A DNA stretch of 63,067 nt, filler included, from Octopus bimaculoides (taxonomy: Eukaryota), in the NCBI RefSeq assembly GCF_001194135.2. It is 6 parts of 5 records of this genome, joined end to end, with 100 filler letters (N's around TTAATTAATTAA, not from the genome) between each part and the next. Parts side by side here need not be neighbours in the genome. Positions count along the whole stretch, not along the records: positions 1 to 24,543 come from NC_068993.1; 5 more parts are not named here. One strand, written 5' to 3'. The position numbers were made by a program, and so were the translations under genes. The notes beneath the pieces were generated by a model. It was not told where the DNA came from. It saw only the letters and a list, made by a program, of their open reading frames with translations, and did not search any database. How positions within the stretch are numbered: position 1 is the first letter of the stretch; each line of letters begins with the position of its first letter. Positions 1 to 11,763 of the stretch are shown here, piece after piece.

Positions 1-58
<58 letters not shown>

Positions 59-148
59 TGTGTGTGTGTGTGTTTGTGTGTGTATGTATGTATGTATGTA
101 TGTATGTATGTATGTATGTATATATATATGCATATATGTGTATGTGTG
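1..148. repeat. Compound (GT)n/(ATGT)n/(AT)n microsatellite
   Basis: Directly visible simple repeats. The VCVC/YVCM ORFs here are artefacts. Confidence 0.95.
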
Positions 149-270
149 CGCGAGCGTGCATACAGAACTGACAGTCATTTCTGAGTCAGTCTAGGATGGG
201 CTGTTTCTAACGTTATAACGTTTATAAACAACCTAGAACGAGGCGAAACTCAAAGGATAATGTTGACCTT

Positions 271-659
271 TTGGCTGTATGCTAAGAAGCTTCCCAGCCT
301 CATGGTTCCGGGTTCAGTCCCACCGCGTGGCACCTTGGGCAAGTGTCTTCTCGAGCAGCTTAAAGCCTTGTGAGTGGATTTGGTAGACGGAAACTGAAAG
401 AAGCCCGTCGTATATATATATGTGTATGTATGTGTGTGTGTGTATTTGTGTATGTGTTTGTCCCCCCCCAGCATCACTTGACAACCGATGTTGGCATGTT
501 TACGTCCCCATAATCTAGCAGTTTGGCAAAAGAGACCAATAGAATAAATACTAGGCTTACAAAAAATAAGTGGTGGGGTCGAATTGTTCGACTAAAGGCG
601 GTGCTCCAGCATGGCCGCCGTCAAATGACTGAAACAAGTAAAAGAATAAAAGAATAAAA

Positions 660-663
<4 letters not shown>
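271..663 (+). mobile_element. tRNA-derived SINE, family A (near full length, internal microsatellite, (AAAAG/AAT)-rich tail)
   Basis: Head ggctgt...ggttccgggttcagtccca (B-box-like), ggcaccttgggcaagtgtctt core, gacggaaactgaaagaagcccgtcg, and 3' ggcggtgctccagcatggcc...tgactgaaacaagtaaaagaataaaag. The same modules recur at 2545, 10560, 13020, 22861, 24690 and 54096. Confidence 0.85.
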
Positions 664-696
<33 letters not shown>

Positions 697-1696
697 ATAA
701 TATAAATAATATATATACGTACACACAGATACACANNNNNNNNNNNNNNNNNNNNNNNNNNNNNNNNNNNNNNNNNNNNNNNNNNNNNNNNNNNNNNNNN
801 NNNNNNNNNNNNNNNNNNNNNNNNNNNNNNNNNNNNNNNNNNNNNNNNNNNNNNNNNNNNNNNNNNNNNNNNNNNNNNNNNNNNNNNNNNNNNNNNNNNN
901 NNNNNNNNNNNNNNNNNNNNNNNNNNNNNNNNNNNNNNNNNNNNNNNNNNNNNNNNNNNNNNNNNNNNNNNNNNNNNNNNNNNNNNNNNNNNNNNNNNNN
1001 NNNNNNNNNNNNNNNNNNNNNNNNNNNNNNNNNNNNNNNNNNNNNNNNNNNNNNNNNNNNNNNNNNNNNNNNNNNNNNNNNNNNNNNNNNNNNNNNNNNN
1101 NNNNNNNNNNNNNNNNNNNNNNNNNNNNNNNNNNNNNNNNNNNNNNNNNNNNNNNNNNNNNNNNNNNNNNNNNNNNNNNNNNNNNNNNNNNNNNNNNNNN
1201 NNNNNNNNNNNNNNNNNNNNNNNNNNNNNNNNNNNNNNNNNNNNNNNNNNNNNNNNNNNNNNNNNNNNNNNNNNNNNNNNNNNNNNNNNNNNNNNNNNNN
1301 NNNNNNNNNNNNNNNNNNNNNNNNNNNNNNNNNNNNNNNNNNNNNNNNNNNNNNNNNNNNNNNNNNNNNNNNNNNNNNNNNNNNNNNNNNNNNNNNNNNN
1401 NNNNNNNNNNNNNNNNNNNNNNNNNNNNNNNNNNNNNNNNNNNNNNNNNNNNNNNNNNNNNNNNNNNNNNNNNNNNNNNNNNNNNNNNNNNNNNNNNNNN
1501 NNNNNNNNNNNNNNNNNNNNNNNNNNNNNNNNNNNNNNNNNNNNNNNNNNNNNNNNNNNNNNNNNNNNNNNNNNNNNNNNNNNNNNNNNNNNNNNNNNNN
1601 NNNNNNNNNNNNNNNNNNNNNNNNNNNNNNNNNNNNNNNNNNNNNNNNNNNNNNNNNNNNNNNNNCATGTGCTTGGTAACCAAGTTACTTACCACA

Positions 1697-1748
<52 letters not shown>

Positions 1749-2168
1749 ATATCCATATTCCTTTTCTTATCTGAATATATTAAACCACGGTTTGCCATTT
1801 AAATTACCAACTACTGTTAACCTTATCGCAAGGCTTATACATAGTTCGGTAATACACCAGTAGTGACTACAGATACATTTATCCGTCAGACGGTTGCATA
1901 ACCTTTAACTCAATTTTTCTGTAGTAATTTTACCATATATTTCTTGCTCTGCAACATTAGCTTGAAAAACCTCGAACTGGTTAAGTGGAGCAAATTACAC
2001 CAGAAGCATCATTAAAGGATATACCGATTCCACCAAAGGATGTATATCTGTAAGAAGTCATTGCAAAATTAACAGACTTCTCCCACCGTTTACAACTAAA
2101 CTATGACAATTTAATACCAAAGATCAACTTCTAATGGTTAAGTGTTGCTCCATTTCTTTTCTTATCTG

Positions 2169-2206
<38 letters not shown>

Positions 2207-2544
2207 NNNNNNNNNNNNNNNNNNNNNNNNNNNNNNNNNNNNNNNNNNNNNNNNNNNNNNNNNNNNNNNNNNNNNNNNNNNNNNNNNNNNNNNNNNNNNN
2301 NNNNNNNNNNNNNNNNNNNNNNNNNNNNNNNNNNNNNNNNNNNNNNNNNNNNNNNNNNNNNNNNNNNNNNNNNNNNNNNNNNNNNNNNNNNNNNNNNNNN
2401 NNNNNNNNNNNNNNNNNNNNNNNNNNNNNNNNNNNNNNNNNNNNNNNNNNNNNNNNNNNNNNNNNNNNNNNNNNNNNNNNNNNNNNNNNNNNNNNNNNNN
2501 NNNNNNNNNNNNNNNNNNNATATATATATATATATATATATATA

Positions 2545-2710
2545 TGACAGACTTCTGTGAGTTTCCGTCAACCAAATCCGCAGACATGACTTTGGTCGCC
2601 CCAAAGCTATAGTAGAAGGCACTTGCCGAAGGTGCCACGCAGAGGGACTGAACCCAGAACCATGTGGTTCGGAAGCAAGATTCTTAGCGCACAGTCACGT
2701 CCGCGTCTAT
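2545..2710 (-). mobile_element. SINE family A, 5' half
   Basis: Reverse complement of the family A head (agtttccgtcaaccaaatcc...ggtgccacgcagagggactgaacc...). Confidence 0.8.
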
Positions 2711-2809
2711 ATGGCAATACATATACATATAATTATAATAATAAAGGACGTAACCGTATATATGTTTAGAAACCAAGGACGTTATATAGACCTCTTTGAC
2801 GCAAATTAG

Positions 2810-2920
2810 AGAATGGGTGCGTATTATACACAAGGTTTAGGTTTTTCAGAGGTACAGCCCCCTAAAAATCCCCTGCGTATTATACACAAGGGCGGACCAT
2901 ACTCGAGGATTCACGATATT
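2810..2920. mobile_element. Possible terminus of a pogo/Tigger-like DNA transposon or MITE
   Basis: An 18-bp direct repeat tgcgtattatacacaagg at 2818-2835 and 2874-2891 is followed by ggcggaccatactcgaggattcacgata. This resembles the CGTA..CTCGAGTATA.TCCGC-type termini I recall for this group. Confidence 0.35.
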
Positions 2921-2932
2921 TAAACGCACATA

Positions 2933-3466
2933 TATCCCCACAAGAAAAAATCTGGACTAGTCAAGACTGGGAAACGTGAAGTCCAGCTGACATTGCTATA
3001 GCGTGAGAGTATTCTCTGTCCAAAGCACTGTCGTAACAACTACATTGTTTCTCTTGTGGTATAAACAGTTGCCCTATCTTGCTGAAACCATGCGTGAGAT
3101 CTACTTTGACTAGCCCAGAATTTTTTCTTGTGGGGATACCTGAAGGAGAGGTTTTACGTCAACAAACCGGAGTCTCTAGTGCAACTGAAGAAGAACATCA
3201 GTAGAGAAATCAGAGAAGTGGGGTCTGAAACTCTCGAGGGTGTTATGGTGCAAGTTTTGGAAAGAGCAGGGGCATGCGAAGCCGAAAATGGCTGCCATTT
3301 AAGCGACGTCTTTTTCATATGTGATGTAATGGTGTTGCAAAATTTGACTGGTGCATATCAATTTGCATTATGTCATTTATATTGTATCAAAATTTTATGC
3401 ATTTAATTGTAAAGTTAAGGAAGTTATTAAACATTGAAACACATCAAGCACTTTGGGGGCACCCTG
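2933..3466 (+). mobile_element. Mariner-like (maT/DD37D-type) transposase 3' fragment with 3' TIR; upstream part inverted
   Basis: The + strand 3106-3320 reads FFLWGYLKERFYVNKPESLVQLKKNISREI...CEAENGCHL. The - strand 3105-2933 reads WFQQDRATVYTTRETM*LLRQCFGQRILSR...WTSRFPVLTSPDFFLWGY. The element ends in caccctg|TA. Confidence 0.8.
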
Positions 3467-3467
3467 T

Positions 3468-3534
<67 letters not shown>

Positions 3535-3553
3535 TAGATATAGATATAGATAT
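3468..3553. repeat. (AGAT)n tetranucleotide microsatellite
   Basis: Directly visible. Confidence 0.95.
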
Positions 3554-4103
3554 ATGCTTACGAGCCAAGTCTATTTAATTGTAATTTCTTTAATTTAAGT
3601 AATATTTACTACGACTGACGGGGCCTCACGCACAGTCCCAAGTTTGCTGACTTTAAACAAGCCGAGACTACGCCAATACCTATTTCTATGGCTGACGATA
3701 GTTCTCATTTTCTGCTAATTCTTTCCAGTTTCCACTTCGAATTTATATATTATATGCATGTGTATGGTGGGGGGGCTGGATGGGTACATGCGTGTGTCTG
3801 TCTGTCTGTGTGTCTGTCTGTGTGTCTGTATGTGCGTGTATGTCTGTGTGTATGTGTGTGTGTGCTTGTGTGTGTGTGTGTGCGTAAGTTATTTTATGTA
3901 CGTATCTAAGCATATTACACGGTTTCTGTTGCAGCTTATGATTTATTTTTCAAACCTATCAGAACTTGTTAAAGTGGAAATAATAAATTTATTACATTCG
4001 TTAATTTCCTTTCAATATTCTTTAATATTTTTTGCAATTTAGATACTATGAAATCACTCTGTTAATGAGTTAATATTATTACCACAATATATTTTAAAAT
4101 GTG

Positions 4104-4170
4104 TATTTATTTATTTATTTATTTATGGGTTTCAGCCAAGTGGCTGCGGTCATGCTGGTGCACCACCGTG
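4104..4170 (-). mobile_element. Severely 5'-truncated LINE 3' tail with (AAAT)n
   Basis: ttatttatgggtttcagccaagtggctgcggtcatgctggtgcaccaccgtg is almost identical to 47850-47905. It is flanked by gtgtat on both sides (4101-4106, 4168-4173), which resembles a TSD. Confidence 0.7.
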
Positions 4171-5406
4171 TATGCAGACATTTAAGAAGTAATCCAAAAG
4201 AGAAAAATGAGCCGCAGATATTTTAGAAATTAATAATCTGATCAAAGCTTCTACAGTGACATTGCACTGTTCCTTTGCAAAAGAAATACTTTCCTCTCAA
4301 AGTATTATTGTTCTGTATTCCCGCAAATTGGTGCCAGTGTTACACAGTTCAAGGCATTAAACAGCAGGAACAACGTGTAATTAACCTGTGTTTCAGTAGT
4401 TTGATAGCAATAAGTTAACATTTTTGCATGGAGAGTAGTTGCTTGCTGTTGGCACTCCGACGACTTTTTCTGAGTTTTAGCAACAATCAATCCCAATCAA
4501 TGCCTTTATATTCATACGTAACAATCAGCTCGTCATACAAATGTTAGAAATAAGTCACCCTCTGGCTATCTCTCCTGGAACGACATTGCTTCTATAAAGT
4601 GTTCACATTAAATTCACTTCTAAGACTATGTTTTCCTCTTGAATACCAAAAAAAGTAGTTTTAGCCTAAGGTAGTATCTCATTCATGAAATAGCCAAAAT
4701 CAGTCCAAACTTAGAATATTGTGCCAGCAGAATTTCTCTTTTTTTATTTCTATTATAACTCCTTCGCAGAGTTTTAAAATTTCATTCTATTCTTTGGTTG
4801 TATTGTCTCATCAAGCTAACATTTTTCTAAGTTTATTATGCCATTTTCTCTATTAATGAATGATGGTATTTATTCAGCTCGGTTTTCCATATCATTCTAA
4901 ATACTAAATGCTTCTGATAATTTACTTCATCATAAACCAAGCCGCTTTCTATTTCCTATGCTCAGCATCAAGATATACCACCCTCTCTTGATTATTACCC
5001 CAGTTTTTCTCCGTTCTACTGTCCTGATTATCACACTATCTAAACCAGATAACCAACACTAGTGATATAATAGATAATAAAACGACTGCAACTCTAATTT
5101 GCAATCCAATAATGAATCTGCTAACAGCCTCAAGCAAACAATTAAAATCATTTCAACTAACAAATATCAGCTGAAGTTCCTGGAAAACAGGACGTGTGTT
5201 CTCAACAAATCCGTGAAGAATTTCCATTTTCTGTTGAAACAATATTTATTATTTAACACAATAACATCTTTGAGGAACGTGTGATTATCATCAATTTCAT
5301 TTCTCACAGGCTTGATATTTAATTAAGAAACGTTCATTCATATTACCGAGTAAACACAAAAATACACCGTTGATAAATGTATTTTTCATTATAAAAGTAT
5401 ATTATA

Positions 5407-5830
5407 TGAGGTGTAGTCAAAAAGTATCCGACCTTTGTCCAAAAAACAAGCAATATTAAAAAAAAACTCATCATTTTAGTTTCGTCTCCTTCAAAGTATT
5501 CCATTTGGGAGTCTACACACTTCTGCCAGTGTGTCTGCCGCTGCCTGAAACGTTTCTGGAAATCACTTTGTGGGATGCTGTAGAGCTATGCCGTCAATTT
5601 GCTTAATGTCCTCTTTTGACTCAAATCTTCCCCCTTTGAGTGTTTTTTTTTTGTTTTTGTTTTTAGCTTTGTCAATAGCCAAAAGTCACACGAAGCCAAG
5701 TCTGAAGAAAGCCTGACGAACAAGTGGTGTGTTTTGCTTGACGAGGAATGCTTTAACGACGTGGGTAGAATGAGCGGGTGCGTTGTTATGGTGGAGTTGC
5801 CAGTTTTATTGCTACCCACTGGTGCACATT
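5407..5830 (-). mobile_element. Mariner (DD34D-type) transposase 3' fragment with TIR
   Basis: The - strand reads LHHNNAPAHSTHVVKAFLVKQ, then SSDLASCDFWLLTKLK...KG, then KCVDSQMEYFEGD-type C-terminus. TIR TA|tgaggtgtagtcaaaaagtatccg at 5407. Confidence 0.85.
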
Positions 5831-6117
5831 AGTTACACGACGGTCTTATTGCAGAAACAGCTGTAAGCTAATGAATTTCATAAGATAATCGTTTATTCCT
5901 TTGTCATCTTATGCATTTTATTTTCTTAACTTTTGAGAGCTCTAAAACGTATAGTAGAGTATTAAATGTCTCTACATTGATGGTCTAGAGTGAAAGGAGA
6001 GAAAATATGTGTAATAAAGTTTATCTATAAGGGGTGTGTATTCTTCAACTTTACTCTATAATCTTAAGGACATAATTTCTGTATTAATTGTCCAATAAAC
6101 TATCCGTAACACTCAGT

Positions 6118-6300
6118 GATATTGGTTTCAAATTTCGGCACAAGGCCAGCCTTTTCATAGTCGATTACATCGACCTCAGTATTCAGCTAGTACTTATTTC
6201 ATCGACCACAAAAGGCAAAGTCGACCTGGGCAGCGTTTGAGCTTAGAACGTAAAGACGGACGAAATGCTAAGCATTTTGCCTGGTGTACTAACTAGTCTG
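6118..6300 (-). mobile_element. tRNA-derived SINE, family B
   Basis: ttggtttcaaatttcggcacaaggccagc...gtcgattacatcgacc...aaaggcaaagtcgacc...gaacgtaaagacggacgaaatgctaagc. Copies occur at 11420, 21610, 49220, 50610 and 51246. Confidence 0.8.
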
Positions 6301-7227
6301 TAACTTGTAACTCTCACCTCTATTCACACTTAATGCACTTCAAGGGAAAAAGCTTAAAACGTGCTGGTTTTAGCTTTCCTTTATGTAATTCAGCAATCCC
6401 AACCAATATTATTACTGTAAAAAACTGGAAAAGTTATCGTGTGAATTGAATTTAGGGTCCTTTACAGTCGCTTAAGCCACTAAATAATGAAGAAAGTACC
6501 ACGAAGCCTAAGAATTTAATGGAATACTGAAAGGGGAGTTGCGCTGTTTTGTCCTTTCTTCTAGAAAATTACTGTCCTAAAGAAAGCTTTAAGCGAAATA
6601 TTGTCTCAGCCACATGATATATGTCATGTGGACAACAAGACTATCTTTTGTAGAAGAATATTGTTAATTTAATTGACAGCTGCATTATATTTTAGTTAGA
6701 TTTGCACTCGAGAAGACTGAAAATGGAAACTAAATATTGAAAAGCATCAGGATCATATTTTTGCACAAAATGATGAACCATAAATTGAGTGAGGTTTGAA
6801 ATATTTGATAATTACACTCAGCAATGACATAAGTTACGTTTTACTCCCATACACTCGCCCTCGAATCACAATCTATCGTTAAAAACAAAGCGGTGAACAA
6901 TTTATTCCCTGAAATACAAAAAGCCTTTGATTATGCATCTGCTAACATAGATCTGCCAATAAGCATCCACAGCAAAAGTAATATAGTAATAGCAGCAGTA
7001 ACAGTAGCAGTATTTCAGGTATTCACAATAAAGAGAAGTAATTAATTTTCTTAGGGATGATCATATTTTGCCAATTAAACACACACACCATATATTTGGT
7101 CTTCACTTCAGCTTTATTATTTTAGTTACTTTGTCAAAGCTCTTTCGTCACACTTCCTATGACCTATTCAACGACTCTTTATCTTGGATTGGTTTCGATG
7201 AATTTTTCTCTGTATGTGTGTGCGTGT

Positions 7228-7290
7228 TTCGTTGTTGTTGTTGTTGGTATTGTTGTTGTTGTTGTTGGTATTGTTGTTGTTGTCGTTGTT
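7228..7290. repeat. (TGT)n/(AAC)n trinucleotide repeat, read as poly-Asn at the end of the Rep ORF
   Basis: Directly visible. Confidence 0.9.
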
Positions 7291-7362
7291 GAAGATTCGG
7301 CGTTTTAACTCCAGAAATTCTTTTAGTATTTCTTTAAATACCATTGTGTTGTCTGCCGGTGT

Positions 7363-7699
7363 TAGAGGGCGAATATCCCATCTATCAGCACTCATCTTCG
7401 TTTGGTCTGGATCGTAATTAGCAAATACCACTACATGCGGTATCTCAAAACTTTTAGTAACCGATACGTATTTACAGGAACATATCAGACCATTTTTAAC
7501 GCTTTCCATAACCTCGTAGTTGATATGTTGTTCTTGACTACGAGTCAAATCAAAAATAACAATGCGTTGTCCATTGTACATGAACTTTATATCCAGACTT
7601 CTTCCGTTCTCGAATCTTATACCGTTTAAAGTCTGCAGGTATCTCGATAAATGTTTTCCCACTGTTTCCAATAGGATCCGAGTACCATATTATTTTACG
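7363..7699 (-). pseudogene. rep: Endogenous CRESS-DNA-virus Rep, SF3 helicase domain (nanovirus/alphasatellite-like), one frameshift
   Basis: The - strand reads RKIIWYSDPIGNSGKTF (Walker A, 7699-7649). After a frameshift it continues LSRYLQTLNGIRFENGRSLDIKFMYNGQRIVIFD (Walker B) LTRSQEQHINYEVMESVKNGLICSCKYVSVTKSFEIPHVVVFAN (motif C) YDPDQTKMSADRW (Arg finger) DIRPL. Motif order and spacing match nanovirus/alphasatellite Reps as I recall them. Confidence 0.88.
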
Positions 7700-8029
7700 C
7701 TGATATAGAAACTTTTCTAATTTTTGTACGTTATTTAAACCATGAACCCTACAAGAAGTAATGTATAAAAATATATCTTTTATTAATATTTAAAGACTAC
7801 CGTAGGTTCATTTGATATGTATTCAAACCATAATCTCACAGAATAATAGGCTTTGAGAATCCCAAAACCTAGAAAAGCTTATCTTTTCAAAATAATGTAT
7901 AACGTTTTTTTTTTCTTTTTCCAATCTCTTTCGTTTTTCATATTCGTTCATGGAATGCACTCAAGCTAGAAATTTTACTACCAAACAGCACCGACACATT
8001 CCTCACTACCAGTACGCCACCTCTACCAC

Positions 8030-8033
8030 TACT

Positions 8034-8070
<37 letters not shown>

Positions 8071-8112
8071 AGATCATCATCATCATCATCAAGATTATCA
8101 CCATCATGATCA
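8030..8112. repeat. (ATC)n microsatellite
   Basis: Directly visible. It produces the poly-D/poly-I ORFs. Confidence 0.9.
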
Positions 8113-8372
8113 TAAGTATTACTATCGGCAGCATTTTCAACATTATCTGCATTGTAATCATCAACAACGTCATTAAATCTACATTTCTTCATTCATTTAA
8201 TAACGGACAATAATTCCAGTCAAGCAATTGTAACCGTATGTATCTGCGTTTATACGTGTTTGTGTTAAGATGGAAAATAATATTTAAAGATGAGTAGGAA
8301 GATAGATAATAGATTACGTACGGAAATACATGCAAGTATATCCATCAATAGACACAAATACACACACAAACA

Positions 8373-8421
<49 letters not shown>

Positions 8422-8543
8422 NNNNNNNNNNNNNNNNNNNNNNNNNNNNNNNNNNNNNNNNNNNNNNNNNNNNNNNNNNNNNNNNNNNNNNNNNNNNNNN
8501 NNNNNNNNNNNNNNNNNNNNNNNNNNNNNNNNNNNNNNNNNNN

Positions 8544-8599
<56 letters not shown>

Positions 8600-9823
8600 G
8601 TGTGTATGTATGTGTGTGTGTGAGGCAGCATGTATGTTTCTGTTCGTGTATATGTTTGTGCGTAAGAGGAAGGAAGGAGGAAAGAGAAGTAATATATGTT
8701 TTTAAAAATTACATACATTCAGCGGTTTACAGTTCATTGAAGCCAGACCGAAATGTATCCCTTTTAGAAAACTACATTTATTTTTATCATATTTAAACTC
8801 TTTTTTGTTCAACCTTCAGAATTGGAATTATCTTCGAGATTCTGAAAGGTCAAAGTTTGATGAAATAGCATATTCGTGCATAATTGTATGTTCATGAGTA
8901 AATTCTTTAATCACCAAAAAGATAAGATTTTTATGTGACAGAAGACATAATATTTGCAATCACCCAGTCTGCGTTCAAATACTGAAACATACAGATGAAC
9001 CACGGCATCTCACATCTGATAATGATATTACAGAGAGGCAGCTGTTGCTATCCTTAAATCTAGGTTAGAATTAGAAATGTTTATTGTTGATGATAGAAAC
9101 TTGAGTGTTAAACTGCTGTGTTGTTATTATATATGTACATGTAAAGATGGTGCGACACAATCTGTAGAGTGCCAGGTTAAATTTCTTGCAGTGTTTAATT
9201 ACGTTACATTACGTTCAAATGTTGTTGACGTTAACTCTGTGTATCATCCTTCTGCACTCAATAAAAATCCAATAGTCGTATAGTAGCATGGGTCGCCATT
9301 TTGCATATACATATTTAAGAAATACTTGTTTAGACATATACAACGTGATATCCTCAAGTAACACACGCTAATGGAGTACTAATTATTAGAAGTGCCTCCT
9401 AAATCCTGTCCAGTTTCTGTCTTTATAGCAATATACTGACATCGATTTTCCTTACCGTGTGTATATATATATATAAGCCCTTGCGATTTTTCGATTATTT
9501 CTCTTTTTGATAGCCAGCGCTCATTTTAAAGTGTCAAAAGTATCATCATGTATTAAGTTGAAGAAAGTCACTGCTCAAAATAGAAAACTAATTGAAAGTT
9601 TTTATAATTAGTTGTTAATATAAGTATTTGCGTATGTGCATGTACACGCGTGTGTGCGCGCGCGCGTATGTGTGTGTATTTAAGATAAGCAGATCAATAG
9701 GCAAGTCAATAAACATATATACTGAGACCAAATAGGAAGGGAGGGAGAGACAGGAATTATAATTATAAATGAAGATATAGAAAGCTGAAAGGAGAGAATG
9801 AAAAATGATAGAAGTTGTCATAC

Positions 9824-9961
9824 CTCTTTTCATGTCTTTGTAAGTTATATTGGCCAGCGACTCAACTTTCATGGGGAACAACTCCACTTCATATTTTAAG
9901 ATGGTTTCAGAGAACCACGAGTCCACAATTTCGGTCTCATTATGCGCAGTTTCCAGTATAC
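9824..9961 (-). CDS. Candidate internal exon of an unidentified host gene (phase 1-1, 138 nt)
   Basis: Acceptor ttctttgttattcttttgttgtag, donor AG|gtatga, and open frame ILETAHNETEIVDSWFSETILKYEVELFPMKVESLANITYKDMKR with two N-x-T sequons. Confidence 0.55.
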
Positions 9962-10559
9962 CTACAACAAAAGAATAACAAAGAATGTAATGCACTAAAT
10001 TATTTTGAGTGTTACTTTTTAGAGAATTTGAATCTGTAACCCAGAAAAATATTAAGAAACAAACGATCGTCAAGACATGTAATCAGCTTCCGCACGCAAA
10101 CTCCTTGAGAATTATTCCAGAATAGATCAGTGGGTGATGTAGAAGCAATGGTTAGGGTAATAGAAAAATTATGGAAGCTGCCATATGAAATGATTTTATA
10201 TGGAGCAAATACTTATAATATTATTCTAAAATTGCACTAAACTTATAATCCCTAAGGAAAACTTGCAGATCACGCAAGAAATATTGCCATATCAGCCGAT
10301 TCGTTGTGTCTGAATCAACAGTTTCTCTTAAACGAACCCTTTAAATATTTAAATTGTAACTATCATTTCATTCATCATCATATCATTCATCTTTATTATC
10401 TTCTTTAGTCAGTATCATTATTATATTATAATCATCATAATCATTATCATTTATTATAATCATCATCATTTTTATCATTATCGGCTCTAATATTATCAAT
10501 ATCTAAAGGAAATATTTATAATTGTTCTCGTATCTTTCATCTTTTTTCTTTTCTTTATT

Positions 10560-10996
10560 TTTTTATTTACTTTTTTCAGTCACTTGACTGCTGCCATGCT
10601 GGGGCAATGCCTTGGAGATTTGTTTTCTTTTTAGTCGAATGTATCGACCCCAGTACCTATTATACTGAACCCTAATGCTGAACCTCTAATGCTGAACCCT
10701 AATGCTGAACTCCCCAGCACTAGTTGTCAGGCGGTGGTGCGGGACAAGCCCAGACAAAAAGACACGTACACAAACACACGCACGCACACACACACACACA
10801 CATACACACATATATATTCATATATACACGTATATATATATATATATACCTTCTTTCAGTTTCCGTCAACCAAAGCACAAGGCTTTAGTCGGCCTGGGGC
10901 TATAGTAGAAGATACTTGGCCAAGGTGCTACGCAGTGGGACTGAACCATATGGTTAGGAAGCAGGCTTCTTACCACAGAGCTACACCTGCACCTAT
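10560..10996 (-). mobile_element. SINE family A, full length, with an internal 3x ctgaacc(c/t)ctaatg-type tandem duplication
   Basis: Tail cagtcacttgactgctgccatgctgg, head ...ggtgctacgcagtgggactgaacc...cttaccacagagctacacctgcacctat, and tandem units at about 10664-10710. Confidence 0.8.
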
Positions 10997-11419
10997 CAGA
11001 AATATTTTTTCTAATTTTATTTTCCCGGGGTCGTAAAACTAAGAACCAATCATATACTAAATCCATTAAACCGTCAACAGGAATTCTTTTAAATCTGTGC
11101 TGATCTATTTTCATGACAAATTATTATTATTGAAGAGCAATTGTAAAATCGATAGCCGGAGGATTGGTTGTATTTATTTTTGTTGTTTATGTCCTCAGTT
11201 CAAATTTCCTTGGTGATCAAATTCACCTTTTATACTTTTGAAGCTGATACATAAAGACAGATTCTTTGGTTAATTTCATTAACTGAGCACACCCACCGCA
11301 TTACAATAGGACTCTTTGTGAATAGTCGTCGCATAGCAGTAGAATTATAGAATCGTTAGAGATTTCGACAACTGTGTCCTATAATTTGAGACTAATAAAA
11401 ACCATTGTCATTACAATAT

Positions 11420-11620
11420 AGAAGCGGAGTAATAGAATTACTAGATGCCTAGCAATATTACCTGTAATACTTTACGTTCTGAGATCAAGCATATCACGGT
11501 GATACCAAATTGCCTTTCAGCCTTTCGGGATCGATAAAATGAGTAACAGTTAAGTACTTCTGTCGTTATAATTGTTAGTTCCTATCCCAAAATGAGTGGT
11601 CTTGTACCTATTTTAAAACC
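11420..11620 (+). mobile_element. SINE family B, degenerate
   Basis: tacgttctgagatcaag...ttgcctttcagcctttcgggatcgataaaatgagtaacag central domain. Confidence 0.6.
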
Positions 11621-11630
11621 ATAATTATAA

Positions 11631-11763
11631 GTAGTAGCAGTAGTAGTAGTGGTGGTGGTGTGGTGGTGGTGGTGGTGGTGGTGGTGGTGGTGGTGGTTGT
11701 GGCGGCTGCGGCGGCTGCGGCGGCGGCGGTGATTTTGGTATAATAGTAGTAGTAGTAGTAGTA
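11631..11763. repeat. Compound trinucleotide array (AGT)n-(GGT)n-(GGC)n-(AGT)n
   Basis: Directly visible. Confidence 0.9.

Noticed and set aside
8114-8122. AAGTATTAC, a circovirus-type nonanucleotide about 400 bp from the Rep relic
   Set aside because: No flanking stem-loop is present, and such a 9-mer is expected by chance in AT-rich DNA.
7938-8213. Asp-rich and Ile-rich ORFs upstream of Rep as a possible capsid or second viral gene
   Set aside because: They are explained by the (ATC)n microsatellite and show no capsid or HUH motifs.
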